Assembly (NCBI GenBank): GCA_030704615.1
Contig: CM060731.1
Coordinates: 91,264,001 to 91,328,000 of the forward strand
Reading direction: 5' to 3'
Length of the DNA: 64,000 nucleotides
Source of the DNA: Takakia lepidozioides
Taxonomy: Eukaryota; Plantae; Bryophyta
Below, piece after piece: positions 1-11,051 of this stretch. The translations under genes were made by a program, and so were the position numbers. Numbering within the stretch: the first letter of the stretch is position 1; each line of letters begins with the position of its first letter. The notes under the pieces are model-generated. The model saw nothing but the letters and a program-made list of their open reading frames with translations, made no database searches and had not been told where the DNA came from.

Positions 1-1
1 T

Positions 2-1600
2 CAAGGGCCACCACTTGGTGGAAGATCCACCACAAAAACAACAGGTCCAGAAGGACCAGCACCAGCAAGGGTGCCAGCACCTGTCAGTGGGCAGAAGGTA
101 GGGCCACAGATGGCGTTACAACCAACACGGGCAAAACCACCCTTTCCAATATATTCAGGAAAAGGGGATCCCGATGTACACATTAGCCAATTTGAGCACA
201 TGTGTATAGTGAACAATGAGAATGGCGATGATGCCAAGATGAGACTGTTTCCTTGTTCACTTATCAAGAAAGCAAGTGAATGGTATGCAAGATTCCCTGA
301 TAATCATTTCCTAACCTGGAATGGCTTGAATACAGCATTTCGAAATAGGTTCAGGACAAGTAAAACTGAGGATGAAGTGTATGGAAGTTTACAACAGCTG
401 AAGCAGAAGAAGCATGAAACTGTTGAAGAGTATATGGAGAAGATGGAATTGATGATGAAAAAGCTGGCTGCAGTACCAGCACCCGGTTTACAGAAGACTT
501 GGTTTGTGAGTGGACTAAGACCAGAGTTGCAGAAGAAAGTGGATATGTTACCCCATAATACAGTGGAGGAGGCATTTGAAACTGCAAACAGAATTGAGCA
601 ATTGGGAATGCTCAGGAGAGAGAAAAAGGAAGATGAGGACTCTGAAGATGAGTCAGATGAAGAAGAAGAGCAAGAACTAAAAAGAAAGAGTAAGAGAAAG
701 GAAAAGTTGAAGAGGGATAACTATGAGAAAAGATTGGAAGAAATCTTGAAGAAGTATGCCACAGAGGCTGCAACACATTGGAGGAAGGGTGTATGGTGTG
801 CAAAGTGCCAGAATGAAGGCCATACCACTACAGAATGCCACATGAAGGAGAAACACTGTACTATCTGTAAAATGGATAACCATTCTACTGAGAATTGTTA
901 CTACAACAGAAGGACAGCTGCAAGAGAACCTAGGCAAGTGAGGGTGCATCAGGTGCAGCCCCAGCCAAGAAGAAGCAATGATCAGGACCACTATGGTAGG
1001 TCTGGTGGTTATAACAATGGCATGGAAGGGAGAGGTAATTCAAGAGGGAATTACCAAGGAAATTCCAGAGGCAACTATCAGGGTAATCCAAGGGGGAATT
1101 ACCAGCCCGGGAATCAGGATTATAGAAATAATCCAAGACCAGACCAAGGGCGAGGACCCAATGGTGAAGAGCTATGTTACTATTGTAATCAGCCAGGACA
1201 TCGCAAGGCAGCCTGTTCATTCTGGATAAGACACCAGAATGAGATGAGAGCTCCTGTGAATGAGGGCCCAGTGGTGGCAGCTCACATGGTTAGGCCATGT
1301 GTTGTACCAGAAGTAAGTACAATGATAGTAACAAGAAGTAAAGCCAAACTAATACCTCCAGTAGAAGAGGAAGAAGATGAGACTGGAAGTGGCAATGATA
1401 TGCCTGAAGATGAAGAGACTTGGAAAGATGAGAAGGAACTGCACAAGGAAGTGGCAGATACTATAAGGGAAATGCAAAAGAGTACGATATTCCTGTGGCA
1501 GATTCCTCTGATTCGGATGGAGAAAAAGAGGGGAGTGAGGAAGAAAGGAAAAAAGAAGATGCAGACATGCAAAGTAATGAAGAGACTTTGGCTGAAGTAA
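2..1600 (+). CDS. gag: Gag (5' partial) with capsid domain and three CCHC zinc knuckles
   Basis: Frame open from base 2; LFPCSL..ASEWY, LKQKKHETVEEY, FVSGLRPEL; knuckles CAKCQNEGHTTTEC, CTICKMDNHSTENC, CYYCNQPGHRKAAC. Confidence 0.92.
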   Translation, partial: QGPPLGGRSTTKTTGPEGPAPARVPAPVSGQKVGPQMALQPTRAKPPFPIYSGKGDPDVHISQFEHMCIVNNENGDDAKMRLFPCSLIKKASEWYARFPDNHFLTWNGLNTAFRNRFRTSKTEDEVYGSLQQLKQKKHETVEEYMEKMELMMKKLAAVPAPGLQKTWFVSGLRPELQKKVDMLPHNTVEEAFETANRIEQLGMLRREKKEDEDSEDESDEEEEQELKRKSKRKEKLKRDNYEKRLEEILKKYATEAATHWRKGVWCAKCQNEGHTTTECHMKEKHCTICKMDNHSTENCYYNRRTAAREPRQVRVHQVQPQPRRSNDQDHYGRSGGYNNGMEGRGNSRGNYQGNSRGNYQGNPRGNYQPGNQDYRNNPRPDQGRGPNGEELCYYCNQPGHRKAACSFWIRHQNEMRAPVNEGPVVAAHMVRPCVVPEVSTMIVTRSKAKLIPPVEEEEDETGSGNDMPEDEETWKDEKELHKEVADTIREMQKSTIFLWQIPLIRMEKKRGVRKKGKKKMQTCKVMKRLWLK

Positions 1601-4600
1601 TATGTCAGACCAAAGCAGAAATTACCATTGGACAGCTATTAGCTGTGGCACCTTATTGTAGGCACAGGCTGTATCAGGCAATCAATCGAATTGCCCAAGA
1701 GACAGGAAACACAGACCTGAACAGCAAGGTGACCAGTTATAATGTGAAGCCGGAAGGGCGAGAACCAGTCATGGACTTTGATGATTCTATGCCAGTAATC
1801 CAATTGAGAATTGGAAGCACAGAACTAACTGATGTACTGATAGATGGTGGTTCTGGAGTAAATATCATGACAGACCAATTAAGGAAGAAGCTTGGTCTAA
1901 GTAACATGAAACCAGCCCCATTTACAGTAACAATGGCAGATCAAAGAAGTGTACAGCCATTGGGATTAATAAGAGGAGTTAAGATACAGATACAGAAAAT
2001 GATCTTTATGATCACAGTAACTGTATTAAAAATGGATGAAGTCATGGAGGCTTACTCCTTATTATTGGGACGTCCGTGGCTGAAACAGGCAAGGGTATTC
2101 CATGACTGGAATTCTCAGTTACTAACTGTGCATAATGGGATGCACGAGATACAAATTACCACAAAGAAATCTAGTAGATTACCTGCTACAAGAAGACCTC
2201 GAGGAGTCAGAGAGTATGACTGGAGGGGAGGACTGGATGAGGAGCAGGAAGCTACCCTATTTGCTGCACACCCAGAATGGGAGCAGGTTGCAGAGATGCG
2301 GCTGGAAAGCCTAAGTTGTTTGAGAGGTATCTGCTGTGGTGTAGTGACAGCAACACCAACTGAAGAAGAAACCAGCATTTACCCATCACATTTCTATGAA
2401 GAAAGAGAAGGAGAAATAGAAATCCTAGAAGAACCAGCCACTGTGAGCTTACAGGATGAAGTGGTGACCGGTTGGACAATCACAGCTGATGAGCAGGTGA
2501 GAGAAGTAAATGTGGGAACTCAGGAGGAACCGAGGATGGTGAAAGTAGGAGCTGATTTGGAGCCGGAATTCTTCGAAGAAGCTAAAAGCTTGTTCATCAA
2601 ATACAGAGATGTATTTGCTTGGAGCTATGAGGATCTAAAAGGGATACCACCTGAAGTCTGTCAGCATAAAATTGAACTGGAACCAGGGTCAGTACCAATC
2701 AAGCAGGCGAGGTATAGAATGAATCCCAACTACGCACAGAAGGTTGGAGAAGAGATAAAGAAGTTGGCTGAGGCTAAGTTTATATACCCAATAGAGTATA
2801 CAACTTGGTTGTCACCCATTGTTATAGTTCCCAAGAAGAATGGCAAACTAAGAGTATGTGTGAACTATAAGAAGCTGAATGCTTGTACGAAGAAAGATCC
2901 TTTCCCTTTGCCATTCACAGAAGCAGTATTAGACACTGTGGCAGGCCATGAGATGTACTCATTCATGGATGGCTTCAGTGGTTATAATCAAGTGCAAGTG
3001 GCAGAAGAAGACCAAGGGAAAACAGCTTTCATCACAGACTGGGGGGCTTATGCATACAAAGTCATGCCCTTTGGACTTTGTAATGCACCAGCGACCTTTC
3101 AGAGAGTGATAAGTGAATCTTTTCATGAGTATCTGGATGATTTCATGCAGGTATTCTTGGATGATTTCAGTGTGTACAGCTCTAAGAATGAGCACTTGCA
3201 TAAATTGGAGTTATGCCTGGCCAGATGCAGGATGAGAGGTCTGGGCTTGAATCCAGAGAAGTGTACTTTCTGTGTGAACTCAGGGGTGCTTCTGGGACAC
3301 ATAGTGTGTAAGAAGGGACTTCTTGTGGATCCCAGGAAGACAGAGTCCATTAAAGTCTCTCCACCACCAGTGAATGTTAAGAGTTTAAGGAGATTCCTTG
3401 GGCAAACCAGTTATTACAGAAGATTTGTCAAAAGGTATGCACAAATAGCAGCACCATTGAGCAAGCTTCTGAAGAAAGATGCAGTGTTTGCATGGACAGC
3501 TGAATGTCAACAGGCGTTTGAGGAACTTACACTGTCAGTAACAACTACACCTGTGCTGATTAACCCTCACTGGCATGTAGTATTTCATGTTCACTGCGAT
3601 GCATCAGGAGAAGCGTTGGGAGCGGTGTTAGCCCAGAATGTTACAGGGAATATAGATTCACCTGTGTACTATGCTAGCCGGTTGATGAACAGTGCTGAGA
3701 GGAACTATAGCACAACGGAAAGAGAAGCATTGGCAATGATCTATGCAGTGAAGAAATTCAGGCATTACCTATTGGGAAGAAAGTTTATGTTTTATGTGGA
3801 TCACCAGGCTCTGATATATCTGGTGAACAAACCTTTGATAAGTGGAAGGATAGCGAGGTGGTTAATAATCTTGCATGAGTTTGAGTTCGAGGTTATTTAC
3901 AAGCCTGGCCGTTTGCATCTTGTGGCAGATCATTTGTCACGACTAACAACAGGAGAGGCCGCCACAGGAGTGGACGATCAGTTACCTGATGCGAGTTTAT
4001 TTGTAATGGAGGTGCAAGGAAGTGCAGATGAATGGTTAGATTGGCAGTGGCCAATCAGATACTACCTTGCTCATGGTCAGTGCCCACCTAGTTATGGTAA
4101 GGAGCAGAGGAAGAGAATCGCTATCAAAGCTTTACCTTATACTATGGTAGGAAGCAGAATGTATAAGTTAGGACCTGATGGACTAAAACGATGCTTGTAC
4201 CACCATGAAGTAAATAAAGTCTTGGAGGAAGTTCATAAAGGAGTGGCTGGAGGTCATTTTGGAGAAGAGACTACCAGTAGAAAGATACTACTCGCAGGAT
4301 ACTGGTGGCCTACTTTGTTCAAAGATGTACATGAGTATTGTCAGAAGTGTGATGAATGTCAGAGGCTAGGACCTTTGCAGAGATCTGGAAGAATGGCCTT
4401 GCATCCTACAATGCCTACGGAACCATTTCAGAAATGGGGACTAGACTTTGTTGGACCAATTAATCCACCATCCAAGAATACACAAAACAGGTACATAATT
4501 ACAGCCACTGATTATACTACAAAGTGGGTGGAAGCTAAAGCTTTGAGGGACAACACAGCCAAGTCCACAGCAAGGTTCCTGTACGAGAACATACTTACAC

Positions 4601-5718
4601 GATTTGGATGTCCCTTAGAATTTATCAGTGATCAAGGAAGTCACTTCATGAATGAGACCATTGAGTTATTGACTAAAGAGTTTATGATTGTGCATAGAAA
4701 GAGTACAACATATTACCCACAGGGTAATGGACAGGCAGAGGCTACCAACAAAATACTATGTACTATCTTGGCTAAGATAGTCAATGCAAACAGAACGGAT
4801 TGGGATACAAAGCTGCTGACAGCTTTATGGTCATACAGGACTTCGTATAAAGTCACCACAAAGTATACACCATTCCAATTAGTTTATGGTATGGAAGCCT
4901 TACTTCCAGTGGAATTCCTGTTACCTACCATGAGAACGGAGTGGGGAAAAAGAATGGAATTGCAAGACTCCATCAAGGTCAGGAAACATGAATTATACCA
5001 TGTGGAAGAAGTACGTGCTGATGCAGCTGATAATATGACCAGAATTCAGATGAAGCGAAAGGAACAGTTTGATGAAGGCAAATTAAAGACTTTTAAGACG
5101 GGGGATTTGGTTCTATGGTTGCAGAAGAAAGGAAAGATTCAAGCTTCTAAGCTTAAATCACCATGGAAAGGACCTTATGTCATACAAAAGATGTATGATA
5201 ACAACACAGCCATGTTACAAACCATTAACAAAGAAATGCTGGGAAGAGTCAATGCAAATAAGTTGAAGGGGTACAGTGGTATCCATGACAAACCCCTGCA
5301 GCATGATTTGCATGTTGAACCGCAAGAGCAGTCACGGGCTGCACCAGTGTTACGAACGGAGTATGGAACACTTGTCGCTAGGCCCAGTATATATGACCGG
5401 GGTGGGCAAAACAAACGTGACACAGCCTATCACAGCCCATCACGGCGTGACACAGCCTATCACAGCCCATCACGGCGTGACACAGCCTATCACAGCCCAT
5501 CACGGCGTGACACAGCCTATCACAGCCCATCACGACGTGACACAGCCAACACAGCCCAGCAAGGCGCAACACAGCTTACCACAGCCCGTCACGACGTGAC
5601 ACAGCCAACCACAACCCAGCAAGCGCAACACAGCCTATCACAACCTACCGCAGCGTGTCACAGCCTATCACAGCTTACCACAGTGCAACACAGCCTATCA
5701 CAGGGTAACACAGTATGA
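1495..5718 (+). CDS. pol: Pol polyprotein (protease, RT, RNase H, integrase)
   Basis: LIDGGSGVN protease; VMPFGLCNAPATFQR and FLDD RT; VHCDAS/NYSTTEREALA RNase H; H-H-C-C, WGLDFVGP, SDQGSHF, PQGNGQAE integrase; GPY motif. Confidence 0.97.
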   Translation: MADSSDSDGEKEGSEEERKKEDADMQSNEETLAEVICQTKAEITIGQLLAVAPYCRHRLYQAINRIAQETGNTDLNSKVTSYNVKPEGREPVMDFDDSMPVIQLRIGSTELTDVLIDGGSGVNIMTDQLRKKLGLSNMKPAPFTVTMADQRSVQPLGLIRGVKIQIQKMIFMITVTVLKMDEVMEAYSLLLGRPWLKQARVFHDWNSQLLTVHNGMHEIQITTKKSSRLPATRRPRGVREYDWRGGLDEEQEATLFAAHPEWEQVAEMRLESLSCLRGICCGVVTATPTEEETSIYPSHFYEEREGEIEILEEPATVSLQDEVVTGWTITADEQVREVNVGTQEEPRMVKVGADLEPEFFEEAKSLFIKYRDVFAWSYEDLKGIPPEVCQHKIELEPGSVPIKQARYRMNPNYAQKVGEEIKKLAEAKFIYPIEYTTWLSPIVIVPKKNGKLRVCVNYKKLNACTKKDPFPLPFTEAVLDTVAGHEMYSFMDGFSGYNQVQVAEEDQGKTAFITDWGAYAYKVMPFGLCNAPATFQRVISESFHEYLDDFMQVFLDDFSVYSSKNEHLHKLELCLARCRMRGLGLNPEKCTFCVNSGVLLGHIVCKKGLLVDPRKTESIKVSPPPVNVKSLRRFLGQTSYYRRFVKRYAQIAAPLSKLLKKDAVFAWTAECQQAFEELTLSVTTTPVLINPHWHVVFHVHCDASGEALGAVLAQNVTGNIDSPVYYASRLMNSAERNYSTTEREALAMIYAVKKFRHYLLGRKFMFYVDHQALIYLVNKPLISGRIARWLIILHEFEFEVIYKPGRLHLVADHLSRLTTGEAATGVDDQLPDASLFVMEVQGSADEWLDWQWPIRYYLAHGQCPPSYGKEQRKRIAIKALPYTMVGSRMYKLGPDGLKRCLYHHEVNKVLEEVHKGVAGGHFGEETTSRKILLAGYWWPTLFKDVHEYCQKCDECQRLGPLQRSGRMALHPTMPTEPFQKWGLDFVGPINPPSKNTQNRYIITATDYTTKWVEAKALRDNTAKSTARFLYENILTRFGCPLEFISDQGSHFMNETIELLTKEFMIVHRKSTTYYPQGNGQAEATNKILCTILAKIVNANRTDWDTKLLTALWSYRTSYKVTTKYTPFQLVYGMEALLPVEFLLPTMRTEWGKRMELQDSIKVRKHELYHVEEVRADAADNMTRIQMKRKEQFDEGKLKTFKTGDLVLWLQKKGKIQASKLKSPWKGPYVIQKMYDNNTAMLQTINKEMLGRVNANKLKGYSGIHDKPLQHDLHVEPQEQSRAAPVLRTEYGTLVARPSIYDRGGQNKRDTAYHSPSRRDTAYHSPSRRDTAYHSPSRRDTAYHSPSRRDTANTAQQGATQLTTARHDVTQPTTTQQAQHSLSQPTAACHSLSQLTTVQHSLSQGNTV

Positions 5719-5745
5719 CACAGCCTGTCACAGCTCAACACAGCC
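5416..5745 (+). repeat. 30-bp tandem repeat (cgtgacacagcctatcacagcccatcacgg x4 plus degenerate copies) in frame at pol C-terminus
   Basis: Directly visible; encodes RRDTAYHSPS repeats. Confidence 0.9.
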
Positions 5746-6434
5746 TACTAAAGTTACACCATCCATAGAATCAGTGACAAGTGGACACATAAAAACTTCA
5801 GGAAAATGGCTGACGGAAGAGAAACGGAAATTACTTTAAAAATAGACACGTGGAGGTCAGGGTGCGACACACAGCAGAGAATGAAGTGCAAGGACAGGTG
5901 TCAAAAAGAAAGAGGAAAGAACGGCCGTCAAAAGGGATGAAAGGCGGGCCCATTAATGAATACGGAAAAAGGGAAACAGAACGAACGGCAAGTACAGAAA
6001 AACTGAATTCATGTCGCATGTGTGATCCTAGTGGACTATCCAACAGGGAAAGTCCACTAAAGAAGATAAAAGTTAAAATCCAGTCACAGCGGATACAGCC
6101 AATAGAAAACCAGAGAAATGATCAAGAAAATGGAGGGAAATTGAGCGCAAGAGGCGGCGTCGTTCTGAGTAACGGGCGTCTCGACAGGACAGGCCATAAA
6201 TGCTATAACTTGGAAACTATGGAGGAACTAACAGACTATACGCTCGCAATATTACTTACGCAATGGCAGAGACACGAAACGAAAGAGCAGAGCTTTTCTC
6301 TTGAACAATGCTTGCAAGCCCCGCAGGCTTACAAGAGATTACCCATAGCTTTCTGCGGCAACCATACGTTTCTGCTTTGTGCACTACAGGCATTCCTGCA
6401 GTTGTTACAGCCAAAGCAGTTCTGTGAGTCTAAG

Positions 6435-8591
6435 ATGAAGAGAGTGAGAGGAATGGAGGAAATCAGGGTGAAGAGCACCACAATTCTGCAGAAACAAACG
6501 ATGGCTACCCCACAGGCGATAAAGATACTGAAGGAGCTGAGATTGGAAGGATTGCAAAGCATGGATTGGACACTACACCATAGACAGTACATGTTACAAT
6601 TTTTGCAGAACTTTGAGCCAAGACAGGAACAACAACGGTGAAGGGAGTTGAATTAATGATTACTCCCCTATACCTCCAGCAATTGTTTCGATTGCCAGCA
6701 GGTCATGTGTATGTGGAGGAACACAGGGAAAGACTGCAAATAGGGGATTTATTCCAAGAAGGGAGTTTCTTTAAAACTCAGGGTTATGCTTGTACCAAAG
6801 CTGTGTACCCAGGGTTAAAAGACATAGGCCAAGTATTGAACGTTCTGATTGCCCTGAAACAGAACCAACAATATTTGAGCAGATCCTTCACAGAGGAAAT
6901 CCTCAAAGGCTTGAAGGGACAAGAGGTACCATGGGCGGACATAATGTACAACGCACTGGTAGAGGAGATGAAAAGATTACAAGGTACTACCGCAAAATCT
7001 CCTATCATAGTGTCTGGCCCAATCATTGCTCAAATAATCCTTGATTCTGGCATACTTAATGCACAAGAAAGGAAGGAAATGGGAGTGTTTGAGCCAGAAA
7101 CAACTGCAATGGAAGACAAGGCTCTTCACACAGTGAGGGTGGACTAGCAGCACAACCCGAGACTAAGAGGCAGAGAAGGGGAAAGACTGTAGTGGCGGAT
7201 CCACTGGCTTCACGGATTCCGCATGATAATGTTTCCCAAGCTCATGACCAGGAAGGGGCACAGCAGCACACAAAGAATGTTATTACTGGAAGCAGGACCT
7301 TCAGAGAGGGAGGAAGAAGTTACTTCTGCATCACAACCAACACAGCCACTTGAACGACTTGTCACAAGGTCACAAGTTATCCATGCAGCTCAACCCGAAA
7401 TAATTGATTTGGAAAGTGAAGGGATAGATATTCCAACTACAGAACAGATAGTGGCAGAAATAGAGAAAGGGGACCTTCTCTATGAATATTCTGGTCTGGT
7501 CAAGGAGACAGAAATCCCAGAGGTGCAACAGTTGCCCAAGAAAATCCTGAGGTACATATAATGCACACACCTGTGTCGGAGGTACCACAGGCGGAAGGCC
7601 ATGACACTGTAGCACCGGTCATAAATGAAGTAGTTCAGGAAGAAAATCCGGTGGGACAATGGTCTGAATGGTTAGTGAGACATCATACTGTTGAAGATCA
7701 GGAGGAACAGCAGCAACCTCACCATGATGACCCTCAACAGGCAATGCTGATGAGTTCCATAGGCAGGACACTTAATTTGTTGGGGACTTATGTCAAAACC
7801 CATGTTCCAATTACCCAATTGACAGCCTTGAAAGAAGAACTCAGGAAGGAGTTTGAGGCTCGACTTGCCACTGAGTGTGCAAACAAGGTCGATGAAGAGG
7901 TCACTCTCAAGATGAAGCAGGACTTGGCAATACAGAAATGGCTTTGCAATTGGCCAAGCAACAATTGATTGAGGCAGGCCTCGCGCAAGACCAGTTGCAC
8001 GAAGCACATAAGCAACAGCTATACCAAATGCAGGTGCAGCATGAAAGCAAGTTGCAAGAACTGAATGCACTACATACGGAGTTGCAGACAGTGCATAACA
8101 GGATGGCGATACAATGCGCTACATTTACAACTATGCTTGACCAATCAACAAAAGAAATAAACAGTCAAGCGGAAAAATGTACGAAGGCAGAAGAAGAGAA
8201 TGTGGAGCACATGAAGCTCATTGTCGATATGAAGAATACAATCTGTCGCAATGAAGATACTTTCAAGCAATACAGGCAGATGGAAGCTGAGCAAGAGAAA
8301 TACATCGTGGAGTTGCAACAAACCATCGTGGCCAATAGAAATGAAATCGCGGTCAGTAACAAGGCTTCGAAGGAAGCCAATAATCTACTTGCTGCCTATG
8401 CGCAATTGGTTGAGCCACAGGCGAAGCGCATGAAGGCTTTACAACAGCAGTTGGAATTGTATAAGCTAAGAGAGGAGCAAACTCTCAGGGGAACCACAAG
8501 CAGCTTGGTGGATAACAGCCTTATGCAGGTCTGGTTAGCACAAGGGCCAGTAGAGGGCAAAGCCCACGGAAGCTCACCCAAAGCGAGATGA
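6435..8591 (+). pseudogene. Accessory ORF of G1 (Athila ORF2/'plant transposon protein'-like N-terminus, coiled-coil C-terminus), broken into 5 frames
   Basis: Abutting ORFs 5850-6641, 6638-7147, 7223-7561, 7561-7968, 7938-8591; LQFLQNF..VKGVELMITPLYLQQLFRLP and GQEVPWADIM resemble the Athila-type accessory domain; Q/E/K-rich heptad tail. Confidence 0.6.
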
Positions 8592-9988
8592 ATGAGCTCA
8601 GACTGCAGGTGCAGAACATTGCCACAACTACTATAGACAATGTCTATAGTAGGATAGCAGAGTTACAAGAGGATGTAGACGGACTCCAGACTCAAGTGGA
8701 AGACCTCACTTCAAACATCGACCAAAGAGTCTATATCCCTCAGGAACAGCTAATGGCTTCTTATTTGCAAGCCAGAACTCTGGCTTTTCAGTCTTCACAG
8801 GAGGTGCAGGAGATGCCAATGGTACAGGAACCAGTACCACCACCACCACAACAGGTCAGTGTACCAGTAGCTGAACCTGTGGTTACTACAACCACACCAC
8901 AGCCACCACAGCCGGAGGTATGGGGCAATGCAGCTTTTAACCCACCTAAAACTCCAGCTGCCAGGGAGTACAGTAGGGCTATGATTATGCCCTTCAACCA
9001 AATTCCCATCATGTTGGATTTGGCTTGGAAAGAATTTAGTCCTCCGCAGTCATTCGCACATTACTACCAAATCATGCGTATTTGGCTGCCAGTGGCAACC
9101 AGGACTAAAGTTCTTCCAAACAATCGACATATTGAAGATCATCACTTTGCACAATACTGGCACGAGGCAGGTACCATGTTGAGGGAATTGGTTGCTTTCC
9201 AGGTTGTACATGGACTCATTTATACCAAGACCAAGGAGATAGCAAGTATTGTCATGGGGTGCGGGCTATACTACGCTGCTTGTTTTCTGATACGTTACCA
9301 CATTGAGCAACAAAAGATGCAAGCACGCTTTCAAAGTTACTCCAGTGGAGATCATTGGGTATTACCTTCGGTGCCACCTCATATGTACCTATATGACCCA
9401 AAAGTTATGATACAGAAGGATTCTCAAATTCGTTCATGGTTTCAAGCAGCCTGCAACAATTTGTCAACACAGAAATTCGGACTTGATGACATTTTCTATA
9501 AGGGACATATCGCATGGAAATACTTGCACGCTGCACCAGTAATTGGTACCCCACTCATCTGGACAGACAAGGAGCTCAGTGTCTACACCAATTTTGCTGT
9601 TCAACGGTTACACCAGGTTGTAAAATGCAAACTTCCAGACATGGTAGGACAGCATTGTATGCCCCAGATGATTCCACAAAAAGTTCGAAAATTAAAACAC
9701 CTGAGAGGCGATGAGGATTCTGATACAACTGTTTCTTCACAGAATTCTTTTGACATGGGAGAAGACTATGCAATTCAGATGGAAGAGAAGAAACAAAGGG
9801 GATCTCCTATGCCGGAAAGATTACCTCGATATCAGCCTCCAGAAGGCCTCACTTATCCAGGTAGTGATCAACCATCTCCATCAACCAGAGACAGACCTCG
9901 GGCTCGTACACACAGCCCACCACGAAACTCTCAACGTCAACAAGGTGCTCACTCACAAAGGGTTGCTACTCGAAACAGTAAACCGTGA
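8588..9988 (+). CDS. Second accessory ORF of G1, 466 aa, unknown function
   Basis: Intact ATG-TGA ORF ending just before the PPT; coiled-coil N-terminus, Pro-rich linker, globular core. Confidence 0.75.
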   Translation: MNELRLQVQNIATTTIDNVYSRIAELQEDVDGLQTQVEDLTSNIDQRVYIPQEQLMASYLQARTLAFQSSQEVQEMPMVQEPVPPPPQQVSVPVAEPVVTTTTPQPPQPEVWGNAAFNPPKTPAAREYSRAMIMPFNQIPIMLDLAWKEFSPPQSFAHYYQIMRIWLPVATRTKVLPNNRHIEDHHFAQYWHEAGTMLRELVAFQVVHGLIYTKTKEIASIVMGCGLYYAACFLIRYHIEQQKMQARFQSYSSGDHWVLPSVPPHMYLYDPKVMIQKDSQIRSWFQAACNNLSTQKFGLDDIFYKGHIAWKYLHAAPVIGTPLIWTDKELSVYTNFAVQRLHQVVKCKLPDMVGQHCMPQMIPQKVRKLKHLRGDEDSDTTVSSQNSFDMGEDYAIQMEEKKQRGSPMPERLPRYQPPEGLTYPGSDQPSPSTRDRPRARTHSPPRNSQRQQGAHSQRVATRNSKP

Positions 9989-10002
9989 GGACACGGCTTT
10001 TT

Positions 10003-10016
10003 GAGGGGGGAAGGGG
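10003..10016 (+). promoter_or_regulatory. Polypurine tract of G1
   Basis: gaggggggaagggg 3 nt upstream of the LTR TG. Confidence 0.85.
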
Positions 10017-10019
10017 TAA

Positions 10020-11051
10020 TGTTAGAGGACTGTAGGGGACTTAGACACTTATACGGGATCTGTAGGGTACCCTTAATTTTTGCACAGACTGAGACAAACA
10101 GGAACCTTAGGGGTGACAGCAGCGCACTGTAGAGGGGGGTTACATAGCCCACACAGCCGACACAGCAGTCACAGCCCACACAGCCAACACAGCCCGTCAC
10201 AGTCGTCACAGCCCACACAGCCGTCACAGCCCACACAGCCCACACAGCCCGTCACAGTCGTCACAGCCCACACAGCCCACACAGCCGTCACAGCCCACAC
10301 AGCCCGTCACAGTCGTCACAGTCGTCACACAGCCCACACAGCCCACACCGTCACAGTCGTCACAGCAGACACAGCCCCACAGCCAGTCACAGCCCGGCAC
10401 AGCCCACAGCCAGTCACCGCTTGACACAGCTGTCACGATAATAGGGAACGAAGAGTAGGACAGGGAACGACTGTGGGGAACAACACCTGTGAAGGGAACA
10501 TGTTAGTTCACATACGACGGTTAGAGAGGGAAACGGTTAGAACCGCGGATAGGAGGATAAAGGGAGAAACGGGGAATAAAGAAGGGATCATTATTCGGGG
10601 AGGACTTCGGAGTCAGGCGGGAGCGGAGATCGGAGAGCACGATGAAGGAGAAAAGAGGATTAGTAGATGCTTGTTATATGCAAAGCTGTAGTGATATAGG
10701 AAAGAAGATTAGAGACATAATGGCTTCGGCCTGATACCTGATAAATCATAATCTGATACTTATACGATACAATCACACTGTGTAGAGAGATCTGAGAGAA
10801 GCTGTGGATTGAATGGATGAGTGAAGGAAACCGATAGATTGATGAAGCAAACTGATACTTAATTATCAATGGTAAGGTAGCTAAGATGAATGCGGAAAGG
10901 GAAACAAATAGGAAACACCCCCATGATACACTAGCTGTAGGTCATGACTGATTGTTCTGCGCGGGCTGAGTACTTAGAGATTTCCAACTCTTCTATCTTG
11001 GAGTTTCCGCCTCGGATAGCGAAGGGATGGGTGAGTAAAAGCCGCGCGACA
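10020..11051 (+). repeat. 3' LTR of G1 (1032 bp) with internal cacagcc/gtcacag low-complexity tract
   Basis: TGTTAGAGG...GCGCGACA; homologous to 11052-11633, 12694-13257 (-) and 32039-33170 (-). Confidence 0.93.

Larger units (their letters stand above)
1..11051 (+). mobile_element. Ty3/Gypsy non-chromovirus LTR retrotransposon (Athila/Phygy-like), copy G1, 5' part outside window
   Basis: gag-PR-RT-RH-INT order, no chromodomain and no second RNase H, accessory ORFs after pol, PPT and TG..CA 3' LTR followed by GGAAC. Confidence 0.95.

Noticed and set aside
1470-1600. Programmed -1 gag-pol frameshift
   Set aside because: No clear slippery heptamer; the acidic linker continues naturally in the pol frame after caaaag, so a single-base deletion or assembly indel is more likely (unproven).
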